Below are positions 36,129 to 45,687 of a stretch of 64,000 nucleotides of DNA, piece by piece. Location of the stretch: the IMG/VR virus record IMGVR_UViG_3300025867_000005; one strand, 5' to 3'. This DNA is from a virus. Its lineage: Duplodnaviria; Caudoviricetes. Each line of letters opens with the position of its first letter. Within the stretch, counting starts at the first letter, position 1. Both the position numbers and the translations under genes were made by a program. Under the pieces are notes generated by a model. It saw only the letters and a program-made list of their open reading frames with translations, was not told where the DNA came from and made no database searches.

Positions 36129-37024
36129 AGACTTATTATGATCTGTCTACTTGCTATAGCATTACAGTAGATGACGGGGAAATCATTAAGGTCAGCAATA
36201 AAAGACTTTTCAAGTACGATGTTGCCTTGACGTATACCGAAGAAGAAAAGGTCAAGTACGGAAGTTTTGGAACCGCTATGTATTCTGGTAGACAGGGAAA
36301 GCAATATGTAGAATACATCAACACGTTTTTGGTAGACAGTAGCGGAGGCAGCCAGAAGGTTGATATATTAAGCGGTAGCGCGATTTGCAGTATTACCCAG
36401 CCTGATATATCAGTTTTAAAAGAACTCGGTGTACCGGCTTTCTGGACGAACTTGACAGACTTCATGCCGATATTTGGATACGTGTGTTTTCATGAAAAGT
36501 TGGCCCCGATGCATTCTTATTTTGAATCCAAGGCACAGCCGTTAGAAGAATCCGAATACAAGAAAGTTGCAGAAGTCTTGGATTTTCTTCCTGGTGATGA
36601 TATCGGGCAACTTGCGCAATACCTTCTTCACGGCGGCATTGCCTATAACGGAATAATGGAATCTGTTCTACCCAATCCTTTCTATGGCAAGACGCTTTCT
36701 CTTTTGCCGCTTTCTAAACCGACAGGAAAACAAACGGTTCTGATTACCAGAGATATGTTTCAGAACAAAGTTACGAAAGACCATTTTGTCAATGAATTGG
36801 CAACTTATTGTCCTGTTTCTGTGACTTTAGATGAAGAACAGAAAAAGATTTTCGGTGATTTTGAAAACCTAAGCTTTTATTGTGGAACCTACCCTCAATA
36901 TCTGTCTTCTTTTTGGGGACTTATAACCAAGTTGTCAGACTCTAAGGTCGGATATGTGTTCTCTTATGACATGCCTTATGCCGTTGTCGCTGGCACTAAT
37001 ATGATCGGACAAAAACAAATCTAA
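36125..37024 (+). CDS. hypothetical protein
   Basis: 299 aa ORF coupled to the sbcD-like gene. Confidence 0.65.
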   Translation: MKTYYDLSTCYSITVDDGEIIKVSNKRLFKYDVALTYTEEEKVKYGSFGTAMYSGRQGKQYVEYINTFLVDSSGGSQKVDILSGSAICSITQPDISVLKELGVPAFWTNLTDFMPIFGYVCFHEKLAPMHSYFESKAQPLEESEYKKVAEVLDFLPGDDIGQLAQYLLHGGIAYNGIMESVLPNPFYGKTLSLLPLSKPTGKQTVLITRDMFQNKVTKDHFVNELATYCPVSVTLDEEQKKIFGDFENLSFYCGTYPQYLSSFWGLITKLSDSKVGYVFSYDMPYAVVAGTNMIGQKQI

Positions 37025-37070
37025 GTTCAATCTATTATCTTGAACCTTATCTGAAAAGAAAGAAAATGCT

Positions 37071-38834
37071 ATGAATAATGAAATATACCCCGAATCCTGC
37101 GTCGACAGGCTGGAAAATTGCAAGAAAATCCTTATCGTCAAGCCGAATAAAGAATACGACGGTTCAAAAGAACTGAAAGAAATGTGCATTGACAAAAGGG
37201 AAGTCAGTTTCACCTATCCTAAACCCGATGTCGATTTAGTTTCAGAAGCATATGCCAGTGGCGCTGATCTCGTGATACAAATCGGAAGCAGACAGACAAG
37301 GAAACTGCGGTATTATGAAGGCATGGATGACACTCTTAGGAAAGACATTTTCAACTGTGTAGAAGATAAATTCTTCAATTACCACCACCATGATGAATAC
37401 AGTTGGCGGGATGCTCTTGAAACAGTCGGGCGTTATGACAAAGAAACGAAGAAATGGAAGGGACTGGCAGGTCTTCTATTGGCGCAAAACCGCAAGTTTA
37501 TGTCAGTCACGAATCACGGCGGCATCGCCGGATGGATCAAACAGAGTCAGGTCTGTGATGAAACAGGAATCAAACCTATCTATGGGCTAGAGGCATACTA
37601 TAGCAATTACAGAGGTGAAGACCCGGAACAGAAGAAGTTAAACAGAAGTGCAAACCATCTTATTCTTCTAGCTAAAAACATCGAAGGCTATTACAACATC
37701 ATCAAGATACACAATGACGCTCAACTCAATGGATTCTACTACAGCCCGAGAACTTGTGATGAGGCTTTAAAGAAATACGGGAAAGGAATTGTAGCGACTT
37801 CAGCATGTTTTGCTGGAGAATTAGCCCAGTTGGTGATGGCAGACAAATGGGAAGAGGCGAAAGAAAGATACCGGTTCTATGAATCTTGTTTCGACAAGTT
37901 CTTTATCGAAATCCAATTGATCGAGATGAAGGAACAAAAAGAAGTAAACAGAAGGCTGATCAAGCTTGCCGGAGAAGTCGGGGCAGAACTGACAATCGGC
38001 ATTGACAGTCATTATCTCTATCCTGAACATAGTGAAACCCATGAATTGATGATGTGTATCCGTCAAGGAAGGACTATTCAAGACCTTCAGAAAGAAGATG
38101 ATGATACTTGGAAATTCACGGTAAAGAATCTGTTCTACAGGAACTATGAACAAATCCTTGACTTGTTCACAACCGGATTTATAGACAATGAAGGCGAGCA
38201 TGTGGAACCATACGAAGACGATGTTTTTACAATGGAGGTCTTTGAAAAGGCTTGTCAAAACACCAGATGGATAGCCGTCAACTGTGAAGATTATAAAATC
38301 GACAAGTCAATCAAGCTCCCGAAGCTGTATGATAACAGTGAAGAAGTTTTGTCTAAAATGGCATGGGAAGGTTTCAAAAGAAAAGGGTTCGATATCCAAC
38401 CAGATCCTAAAACCTATTCTGAACGTTTAGAATATGAATTGGATGTCATCTGTTTGGCGGGTTGGGCAGACTATTTCCTTATCACGAAAATGATAGTGGA
38501 TAAGGCTATCGAATTGAGAGGTGAATGGGGAACCGGAATAGGGCGCGGGTGTTTTGTTCCTTGGAACAGGGTAATTACAGAGAACAAAATACCAGTATTT
38601 ATATCTGATGTTAAAATCGGTGAATTTGTGTATTCGCATGACGGAACACTTAATGAAGTAATTGACAAATTTATTTATGATGTAAAAGAAGAATTAATAG
38701 AAATTGAAACTGAAGATGGAAGAAAAATCAATTGTACTTTAAACCATAGAATTCTTGTAACAAGGAACCAAAAAGAAGAATGGGTAGAAGCTCAAAACCT
38801 ACTAGAAGGAGATGATATCGTAGATCTTTTTTGA
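37071..38834 (+). CDS. dnaE: DNA polymerase III alpha, part 1: PHP domain to GRG, fused to split-intein N-fragment
   Basis: HHHDEYS, TNHG, KPIYGLEAY, HLILLAKN, SACFAGE, DSHY, ERLEYEL, DYFLI, GIGRG|CF... Confidence 0.93.
   Translation: MNNEIYPESCVDRLENCKKILIVKPNKEYDGSKELKEMCIDKREVSFTYPKPDVDLVSEAYASGADLVIQIGSRQTRKLRYYEGMDDTLRKDIFNCVEDKFFNYHHHDEYSWRDALETVGRYDKETKKWKGLAGLLLAQNRKFMSVTNHGGIAGWIKQSQVCDETGIKPIYGLEAYYSNYRGEDPEQKKLNRSANHLILLAKNIEGYYNIIKIHNDAQLNGFYYSPRTCDEALKKYGKGIVATSACFAGELAQLVMADKWEEAKERYRFYESCFDKFFIEIQLIEMKEQKEVNRRLIKLAGEVGAELTIGIDSHYLYPEHSETHELMMCIRQGRTIQDLQKEDDDTWKFTVKNLFYRNYEQILDLFTTGFIDNEGEHVEPYEDDVFTMEVFEKACQNTRWIAVNCEDYKIDKSIKLPKLYDNSEEVLSKMAWEGFKRKGFDIQPDPKTYSERLEYELDVICLAGWADYFLITKMIVDKAIELRGEWGTGIGRGCFVPWNRVITENKIPVFISDVKIGEFVYSHDGTLNEVIDKFIYDVKEELIEIETEDGRKINCTLNHRILVTRNQKEEWVEAQNLLEGDDIVDLF
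38550..38831 (+). mobile_element. split intein N-fragment (94 aa)
   Basis: Block A CFVPWNRV, block B CTLNHRI, WVEAQNL.EGD, then stop with no C-terminal HN. Confidence 0.92.
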
Positions 38835-38856
38835 TTTTGGCCTCTATGCTTAGATA

Positions 38857-40410
38857 GTGGTAGTATTTAAAAGGAAGCTTTACATGGGGAACGTTTATCA
38901 CAGAATAGAAGATGTGCCAGAATGGATTCGTCCTTTCATTGAAGAACGTACAATAAAAAGCATAGATGTCAGAACGAACAAGAATGTAGAATACAAATAT
39001 TTCGGGAAACTACCGATTCCTATAAACGAAATGCTAATTCATGAAAATGAATTGAATAAACATTTGAAGTGGGATGTGTCTGGTACGTGTTATAGTTGTG
39101 GAAATCATTTTGTTACGACTTGGAATTCACTTTTAGCAAGAAAGAAACATGCAAAAGAAGAATTCTGTGGTAAATGTCTTCGAAAGGAACAATTTACTGA
39201 AGAATGGCGGCGGCATAATTCAGAAGCTCAGAAAAAAGTGCAAGGCACACCAGAAGCTAGACGTAAAATGTCTGAAATTTTGAAAGAAGTACATCGAAAA
39301 GACCCAGAAATAAGAAAAAGGATTGGAGAATCTTTACGTCGTGGATACAAAGAACATCCAGAAAGAAGAGAAAAAGTTTCTGAAGACTTAAGAAAACGCT
39401 GGAAGGATGCCGAAGGTCAGCAGAAGTTTATGGGACGTGGATTTTATTATGGATGGGTATTTACAAGGTGTGGAAGAATCTTTTTTGCTAGTTCTTGGGA
39501 ATTGATGTTTCTTTTATGGTGTGACAATAACACGGAAGTTTGTTCTTTCAAAAGGTGTACGGATCATGTTCCTTACAAAACGACATTAGGGAAACCCTCA
39601 AACTATTATCCAGATTTCGAAATGGAAATTGGTGGAACTCAATATGTCGTGGAAATCAAAGGAAATCTTTCTGAATTTGAAACAGTTCAACGTAAAAAAG
39701 AGGCAGCAGAATCTTTTTATTTTGGCAATAAAAGATATATTATTCTTTACAAGGCTGACTTGGAAAGAATGGGAATTCTAAAGTATAACAAAAAAGTAGA
39801 ACTTTGGATTTCTGAACTTTGTGATTCTAATAAAATCGAATGTTGTGGTTTCGGCAAGTTTAAGAACACCAAAAGCTTCGAAAATTATCTCGCGAATAAA
39901 TTATCCGAAAGGAAAGAAAAGCAGCGGATAAAAGAAGAGAAAAAACACAAAATGCGTCTTGATGTTAAGTGCCCTGAGTTACTCTTACAGTGGAACTACA
40001 ACAAGAATGATAAAGGTCCAGACTTTTATCCATATTGGTCTTCGGAAAAGGCATGGTGGATTTGTTCAGACTGCGGGAATGAATGGAAACAAACAATTTC
40101 TAGCAGGACATGCACGCCCATAAGAAATTCTTGTCCAGTTTGTGCCAAAAAGAGGTTACGGAAGGAAATGTCAGAAAGATCCAAAAGGATGTCTTTAATA
40201 CGTTTCGGTCAGAAAAATCTTGAAGAAGAAAGACTAAAGTACATTAACGAAATTAAGCGTCAAATTTCTGAGACAGGAATCGTTCCGACAAGGGAAGAAT
40301 TTTTAATGAAATCAAAAATGTCGTTTGTTTATTTGTATAAAATTTTCGGGGCTTATAACTTATTAGTAGAAGAATCAGGATTTACTCCAAGAAAAAGAAA
40401 GAGAGAATAG
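38857..40410 (+). CDS. free-standing putative homing endonuclease (TnsA-like PD-(D/E)XK with zinc ribbons and basic helical repeats)
   Basis: ASSWE..F, YYPDF...VVEIKG nuclease motif; CxxC pairs; W-C..CG.EW...I..R....CP.C ribbon; sits between the intein halves (ATG 38884 is the likely start). Confidence 0.78.
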   Translation: MVVFKRKLYMGNVYHRIEDVPEWIRPFIEERTIKSIDVRTNKNVEYKYFGKLPIPINEMLIHENELNKHLKWDVSGTCYSCGNHFVTTWNSLLARKKHAKEEFCGKCLRKEQFTEEWRRHNSEAQKKVQGTPEARRKMSEILKEVHRKDPEIRKRIGESLRRGYKEHPERREKVSEDLRKRWKDAEGQQKFMGRGFYYGWVFTRCGRIFFASSWELMFLLWCDNNTEVCSFKRCTDHVPYKTTLGKPSNYYPDFEMEIGGTQYVVEIKGNLSEFETVQRKKEAAESFYFGNKRYIILYKADLERMGILKYNKKVELWISELCDSNKIECCGFGKFKNTKSFENYLANKLSERKEKQRIKEEKKHKMRLDVKCPELLLQWNYNKNDKGPDFYPYWSSEKAWWICSDCGNEWKQTISSRTCTPIRNSCPVCAKKRLRKEMSERSKRMSLIRFGQKNLEEERLKYINEIKRQISETGIVPTREEFLMKSKMSFVYLYKIFGAYNLLVEESGFTPRKRKRE

Positions 40411-40650
40411 ATGTCTAAAATTAAATCGTTAAAAAAGATGGAATATAATGGGAAAGTATATGATTTGTGTGTTAGGAATACGCACACATACAATATAGAA
40501 GGATTAGCGGTACATAATTCAGCCGGTGGGTCATTAGTTTCGTTTTGTACGGGTATTACAGATATTGACCCGATCAAGTACGATCTTCTGTTCGAACGTT
40601 TTCTTGATTTTAGCCGAAGTGAAATCAAGGTCAATGGATTTGAAGCCTAA
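40411..40650 (+). CDS. dnaE: split intein C-fragment (36 aa) fused to DnaE part 2 (43 aa)
   Basis: MSKIKS...VYDLCV..TH.Y...LAVHN|[30 protein letters not shown]. Confidence 0.93.
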   Translation: MSKIKSLKKMEYNGKVYDLCVRNTHTYNIEGLAVHNSAGGSLVSFCTGITDIDPIKYDLLFERFLDFSRSEIKVNGFEA

Positions 40651-40653
40651 TAC

Positions 40654-40682
40654 TTGACAGTCGTGTTCTTAAATGCTAAAGT
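40654..40682 (+). promoter_or_regulatory. sigma70-type promoter
   Basis: TTGACA (40654-40659), 17 nt spacer, TGn-TAAAGT (40677-40682), upstream of the methylase genes. Confidence 0.7.
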
Positions 40683-40709
40683 GTTTGTCAACTTGAAAGG
40701 TGTAAAAGA

Positions 40710-41576
40710 ATGAATGTTTTGTCCTTGTGCGATGGAATTAGTTGCGGTAGGCTTGCTCTGCAACGGGCAGGTCTAAATGTCGAAAGATATTTTAGTTCTG
40801 AAATTGACAACAATGCGATTGCAATTTCCGAAAAGAACTGGACTGATCAAATCAGGTTGGGTGATCTTAATCTGATTACTCATGAACTAATTGATTCTAT
40901 GCCACAAATAAACCTTGTGATGTTCGGAAGTCCATGTCAGAGTTTTTCACGTCTTGGGAAACAAGAAGGCTTTGATGGGAAATCTGGGCTATTTCATATC
41001 TGTCAAAGAATACTTTCCTATATCCAATCGAAGAATACAGACGTGAAGTTTCTCGTGGAAAACGTAGATATGAAAGAAGAATGGAAGGACATAATCTCTT
41101 CCAAGCTTGGTGTTAGCCCTATTAAAATAGACAGTCGTCTACTTTCTCCTGCTAAACGCAAACGCATTTACTGGACGAATATCAAAACCGATATTCCACA
41201 AGAACTAGGTTTGACATTCGATGACATTAATGATGGTTCTCAAAACTGGATTGACGATAATATTATTCGTAAAATTGAGGCATGGAAAGCACAACAAAAA
41301 CCCCTTAAAAATGCTGTTGTTATCGGCGCTAAACAAAAGCTTCCTTGTTTAACCGCAAGAGGATATAATCAGTACCATTCTGGTATGATTCTTATTACTG
41401 ATGGAAACGGAAGGTATCGGTATTTAACGAACCTTGAAGGTGAACGGGCAATGACACTTCCGGACGGATACACAGATGCTTTTACCGGAAAGCAATCAGA
41501 CAAATTTCGTAGTCATGCTATCGGAAACGGCTGGACTGTAGACGTGATCGCCCATATCCTAAAAGGAATCAAGTAA
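40710..41576 (+). CDS. DNA (cytosine-5)-methyltransferase
   Basis: VLSLCDG, GSPCQ, ENV, KRKRIYW, GNGW. Confidence 0.92.
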   Translation: MNVLSLCDGISCGRLALQRAGLNVERYFSSEIDNNAIAISEKNWTDQIRLGDLNLITHELIDSMPQINLVMFGSPCQSFSRLGKQEGFDGKSGLFHICQRILSYIQSKNTDVKFLVENVDMKEEWKDIISSKLGVSPIKIDSRLLSPAKRKRIYWTNIKTDIPQELGLTFDDINDGSQNWIDDNIIRKIEAWKAQQKPLKNAVVIGAKQKLPCLTARGYNQYHSGMILITDGNGRYRYLTNLEGERAMTLPDGYTDAFTGKQSDKFRSHAIGNGWTVDVIAHILKGIK

Positions 41577-42481
41577 TGAATTCATTTGAAGGGATTAACG
41601 TCCTAAGCTTATTTGACGGAATGAGTTGCGGACAGTTGGCACTTAAACGTATCGGAATCATTCCTGACAACTATTTTGCAAGTGAAATCAAGACTGATGG
41701 AATTTCGGTCACTATGTCTAACTTCCCGAATACTAAACAAGTAGGAGATGTCACCAAGCTTGACGGTAAGAGTCTTGGTAAGATTGACCTTCTTATCGGT
41801 GGGAGCCCTTGTCAGGATCTGTCAATTGCGACGCATGACAGAACGGGTCTGTCAGGAATTAAGTCGAAGCTTTTCTACGAATATGTCAGGCTTCTTAAAG
41901 AGACGAATCCGACCTATTTCCTTCTTGAAAACGTCGTGATGAAGCCACAGTGGGTTAAAACTATCAGCCTTTACCTGAAGACAGTGGAACCCCACAGGAT
42001 CAATTCTGATTTGGTAAGCGCTCAAAATAGGCCAAGACTTTATTGGACGAATCTTATCGCCACTGAAATTCAAGACAAGAGGATTGCTCTCAAAGACATC
42101 CTTACTGACTTTCCTAAACGTTGCTACCGTTGGCTAAGCAAGGTACAATTACAGAAGCTAGAGAACAAAGGATACCGTTATCAAAGCATGTACCGGGTTC
42201 TAAGCCCTGAAGAAAAGGCTGGATGTGTAAGCGCAAGCGGGTTCTGTAATAGCCAAGACAACAAAGTCAGGATCGGAGATGGAATCAGATATCTTACCAA
42301 TGAAGAAAACGAAAGGCTTCAGACTCTGCCATATGGCTATACTAGCGGCATTCCAGAATCAAAAAGGAAACACTGTATCGGCAATGGATGGACGGTGGAT
42401 GTCATCGCCGAATTCTTTAAGAAAATCGGGATGGAAGTCTATAAACAAGAAGAAATGTTCAGACTTGAAGAACTGAACTAA
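41576..42481 (+). CDS. DNA (cytosine-5)-methyltransferase (second, tandem)
   Basis: VLSLFDG, GGSPCQ, ENV, QNRPRLYW, ERLQT, GNGW. Confidence 0.93.
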   Translation: MNSFEGINVLSLFDGMSCGQLALKRIGIIPDNYFASEIKTDGISVTMSNFPNTKQVGDVTKLDGKSLGKIDLLIGGSPCQDLSIATHDRTGLSGIKSKLFYEYVRLLKETNPTYFLLENVVMKPQWVKTISLYLKTVEPHRINSDLVSAQNRPRLYWTNLIATEIQDKRIALKDILTDFPKRCYRWLSKVQLQKLENKGYRYQSMYRVLSPEEKAGCVSASGFCNSQDNKVRIGDGIRYLTNEENERLQTLPYGYTSGIPESKRKHCIGNGWTVDVIAEFFKKIGMEVYKQEEMFRLEELN

Positions 42482-42493
42482 ACGAGGAATAAA

Positions 42494-43537
42494 ATGATCA
42501 AAACTACACCTCTATATTCTTTTTCAGATATCGTGATGTTACCAGCGGATGTGTCTCGTGTTTTAAGCAGAAGCCAGTGTAACGTATATCTGCCGAACGG
42601 GAAGTTGCCATTGATTACGGCCCCCATGTTCAGCGTAATCAACGAAAACAATGCGTCGCTGTTTGTCAGCAATGCCATTCATGCTTGTTTGCCAAGGACA
42701 AGCAGGGATAAGTGGCTTGGAAAAACAGAAGAATGGATGATTCAAAGCTACGGGATGGATGAGTTTTTGTCCGTCATTCAGGAATGGAAGGATGACAAGG
42801 AAAAGCATTATGCCCTTATTGACATCGCCAACGGCCACATGCGAAAACTTATGGATGCCGTTAGGGAAGCAAAAACCAAGCTAGGCGACAGGTTATGGCT
42901 AATGGTTGGAAATGTTGCTCTACCTGAAACTTACGTGATTCTCTCGCAAGACGGAGCGGATGCCGTACGTTTGGGTATCGGGACTGGGAACGCATGCATC
43001 ACAAGCTGCAATTCTAGTATTCACTATCCATTAGTTTCTCTAATCGAAAGTTGTTACCGTGAAAAGATCCGTTTGGGATTGAATTCAGAAATCATCGCTG
43101 ATGGAGGCTTTAGCAATTTCGACCAGATTATCAAGGCAATCGGATTGGGAGCCGATAAGGTAATGTGTGGAAATCTTTTCAACAGGGCACTACAAAGCGC
43201 AGGGAAAACTACCGTTAAGGGAACCGATTGCGTAGTTGACCAGTATTCAGAGGAAATCAAACAGGCTTTCAAGAACGGTCTGGAACTCGAAAAAGAGTAT
43301 TACGGAATGTCCACGAAGAGGGCTCAGCGGGAAATGGGACATGAAACCCTTAAGACGAGTGAAGGCATTGTCAAGATTAATCGCGTAGAATACACATTAG
43401 GACAGTGGACGGAAAACTTTAAGCACTACCTTTCGACAGCTATGTCTTATACAGGAAAAACAAATTTGAATGATTTCCGTGGTAGGGTTGATTTTAATGT
43501 CGTTACACCACAGGCATTTCAGGCGTTTATAAAGTAA
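42494..43537 (+). CDS. guaC: GMP reductase / IMPDH-family protein
   Basis: TAPM, IDIANGH, GNV, GIGTGNACIT, IADGG, YYGMS, SEG; no CBS domains. Confidence 0.8.
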   Translation: MIKTTPLYSFSDIVMLPADVSRVLSRSQCNVYLPNGKLPLITAPMFSVINENNASLFVSNAIHACLPRTSRDKWLGKTEEWMIQSYGMDEFLSVIQEWKDDKEKHYALIDIANGHMRKLMDAVREAKTKLGDRLWLMVGNVALPETYVILSQDGADAVRLGIGTGNACITSCNSSIHYPLVSLIESCYREKIRLGLNSEIIADGGFSNFDQIIKAIGLGADKVMCGNLFNRALQSAGKTTVKGTDCVVDQYSEEIKQAFKNGLELEKEYYGMSTKRAQREMGHETLKTSEGIVKINRVEYTLGQWTENFKHYLSTAMSYTGKTNLNDFRGRVDFNVVTPQAFQAFIK

Positions 43538-43547
43538 GGAAAAATCT

Positions 43548-43874
43548 ATGCAGGTGATAATTCGTGAACAGAAGAACATCTTTGAATACATGGAAAAGTA
43601 TTTGAAAGAAGCGAAACTTTTAGTCGGACGGAAGAGAATTGATTTTGTCTTTCTGGAACTGAGTCTTCCTAATACCTGCACTTTAGTTATTGATGGAGAA
43701 GAATTCGAAACCACTAGAAGATTCTATTACAGAGAGGGAAAGTGTTTTTATGACATCTTTTGTTGGTTGGCGGATGAACTCCATTCGGAAATAAGAGCTT
43801 TCCCGAATGATTTTACAATTGAAGAAATGAATGCGTTTATCCTGTTACACGGGATGAAGGAGAAAGATTTATGA
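43548..43874 (+). CDS. hypothetical protein
   Basis: RBS AAGGA; operon-like packing. Confidence 0.6.
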   Translation: MQVIIREQKNIFEYMEKYLKEAKLLVGRKRIDFVFLELSLPNTCTLVIDGEEFETTRRFYYREGKCFYDIFCWLADELHSEIRAFPNDFTIEEMNAFILLHGMKEKDL

Positions 43875-44080
43875 CATGCAGCGAGTGTAATTCCGAAATC
43901 CCCAATGAGAAAGAGACGCATATGGAAAACGGAGATGTCCTGTGTCCAAAATGTCTTCTATCAGAAAGCGAAGACGAAGTTAAAAAGATTACCTCTTCAA
44001 TTTGTTCCGGACAGTGCCGTGAAGAAGAAGAATTCCGTGAAATAGAATTTATCATTCAAAGGAACGTAAGAGTTTTATGA
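43871..44080 (+). CDS. small zinc-finger protein
   Basis: CSEC...CPKC; strong RBS. Confidence 0.55.
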   Translation: MTCSECNSEIPNEKETHMENGDVLCPKCLLSESEDEVKKITSSICSGQCREEEEFREIEFIIQRNVRVL

Positions 44081-44322
44081 CTGACACAATGACACCGAAA
44101 CAGTTTGCGTTGAATAGGCTTTATCGGCTGTTGTCTTATTCGGGGATTAAAAAAGAAGTTTTCTTGAAAGAAAACAGGATAGAGTCTATAGAACAGCAAA
44201 CAGGTCTTGACTTCGCGGAAACAATGTGTTTGGTATCAGACAGGCTAGATATCGACGTAGATTATTTCTTCGACAGATTCAGACTTGAAAAAGGAGAAGC
44301 GAAATGGACATTCAAAGCGTAA
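44077..44322 (+). CDS. hypothetical protein, possibly HTH
   Basis: Ends L.I.VDYFF, as in Cro/CI-type HTH domains. Confidence 0.45.
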   Translation: MTDTMTPKQFALNRLYRLLSYSGIKKEVFLKENRIESIEQQTGLDFAETMCLVSDRLDIDVDYFFDRFRLEKGEAKWTFKA

Positions 44323-44600
44323 GCTGGGAAAGATTCAACGAAATCGTTAAATCAGCAGATCAAATTCTTGTTACCTCAAACTTGTTTGCATGTGGTGAAG
44401 AAGAATACCGTTTTTGGACTTTCTTAGACAATTTCAGCGATAATGTTGAACTTCAATTCATGGCGACGGACAATGATGAATTTTTCATCATCGGAAAACA
44501 GGAAGTTTCTTATGACGGGGATTACTATTCCTGTAAATGTGATGATTCAGTATTCAAGATGAAGTTCAACAAAGTTACGACAACCCCGATTCTCCCTTAA
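44304..44600 (+). CDS. hypothetical protein
   Basis: AAGGAG RBS; packed. Confidence 0.55.
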   Translation: MDIQSVSWERFNEIVKSADQILVTSNLFACGEEEYRFWTFLDNFSDNVELQFMATDNDEFFIIGKQEVSYDGDYYSCKCDDSVFKMKFNKVTTTPILP

Positions 44601-44604
44601 AAAA

Positions 44605-44820
44605 ATGGAAAACCAAATAACTATAGCGGACTTGATCAAACATCTTCAGACCTTCCCTCAAGATGTACCCATATTCTGGTATCATGATGAAAGCGGAACT
44701 TACGGTCAAAGAATAGAAATGCCAGGCAAATTTGAAGATGTCAAGTGGAATGAAAAATGGAATTGCTGGCGGGATGCTTTTGAAGAGAGTTCCAGCACGA
44801 AAAAGGTTTTTGTAATATGA
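44605..44820 (+). CDS. hypothetical phage protein
   Basis: T..DLI..LQ.FPQD.P pattern common in small phage proteins. Confidence 0.6.
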   Translation: MENQITIADLIKHLQTFPQDVPIFWYHDESGTYGQRIEMPGKFEDVKWNEKWNCWRDAFEESSSTKKVFVI

Positions 44821-45368
44821 GACCCAAGTGGACGGCGCAGCAAGTTGAAATCGCCGTTATCAATCATTTTAATCCAAGAAGAAACCTTATAGTCTCAAAT
44901 GTCAGTTGGGGCTTGTTCGCTTATCATGAGGCCGATCTAGTTATCCTTTCTCCATATAACTGTGGAACAGAAGTTGAAATCAAGGTAACTGCGGCTGATA
45001 TCAAAGCAGACCTTAAGAAAAGACACGGGCATAAGGAAGAAATAATCAGAGATGTCTGGTTCGCCGTACCAGAAGAATTGGCCGATGATCCTAACATCCC
45101 TTCTTATGCAGGCATCATAGCCGTCAAGAAGTGGAAAACTAGAAGTGGTAAACAAAGGTATTCTTGTGTCAGGAAAAGGTTGCCGGTAAAGAACAAAGAT
45201 TTTCGCAAGTTTACAGAAGCAGAAAGGCAGAAGCTTCTCAGACTCGGTTGTCTAAGGATTGTCGGACTGAAAGAAAAGCTGGATGACAAGTCTAACAAAA
45301 TTGATGAACTTAAACAGCGTATCCGGGAGCTTGAACTAAAGAAGGAGACAAAATATTTTGAAGACTGA
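44817..45368 (+). CDS. PD-(D/E)XK (MmcB-like) nuclease-fold protein
   Basis: HEADLV...EVEIKV...D..AD..K, WFAVP. Confidence 0.7.
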   Translation: MRPKWTAQQVEIAVINHFNPRRNLIVSNVSWGLFAYHEADLVILSPYNCGTEVEIKVTAADIKADLKKRHGHKEEIIRDVWFAVPEELADDPNIPSYAGIIAVKKWKTRSGKQRYSCVRKRLPVKNKDFRKFTEAERQKLLRLGCLRIVGLKEKLDDKSNKIDELKQRIRELELKKETKYFED

Positions 45369-45684
45369 AAGAGACAGGATGTTCCAGGTTGATTCTAAAA
45401 TCAGACAGAACAAACTGGATGATAAGACACGTAGGGAAAACAGAAACCGTAAAGTAAGTTATCTATTGACAGACAAGGTTGAATGTAGGATTGAAGTCTT
45501 AGACGGAATTTGTGAAGAAGGAAAAGAAGAAACAAGAATCTGGGGAAGTCAAATTGTTTTGGAAACGGATGAAGGAACGATTACAACAGTTGTCCGTGGA
45601 AAGACAAAGAATAGCGCAGAAGTTCTGACCCGTACTTTCTTAGACAAAATGGGCGTAAGGTACAAAATCACGAGAGGAAGTTAG
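45358..45684 (+). CDS. hypothetical protein
   Basis: AAGGAG RBS before a TTG start. Confidence 0.5.
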   Translation: MKTERDRMFQVDSKIRQNKLDDKTRRENRNRKVSYLLTDKVECRIEVLDGICEEGKEETRIWGSQIVLETDEGTITTVVRGKTKNSAEVLTRTFLDKMGVRYKITRGS

Positions 45685-45687
45685 AAT

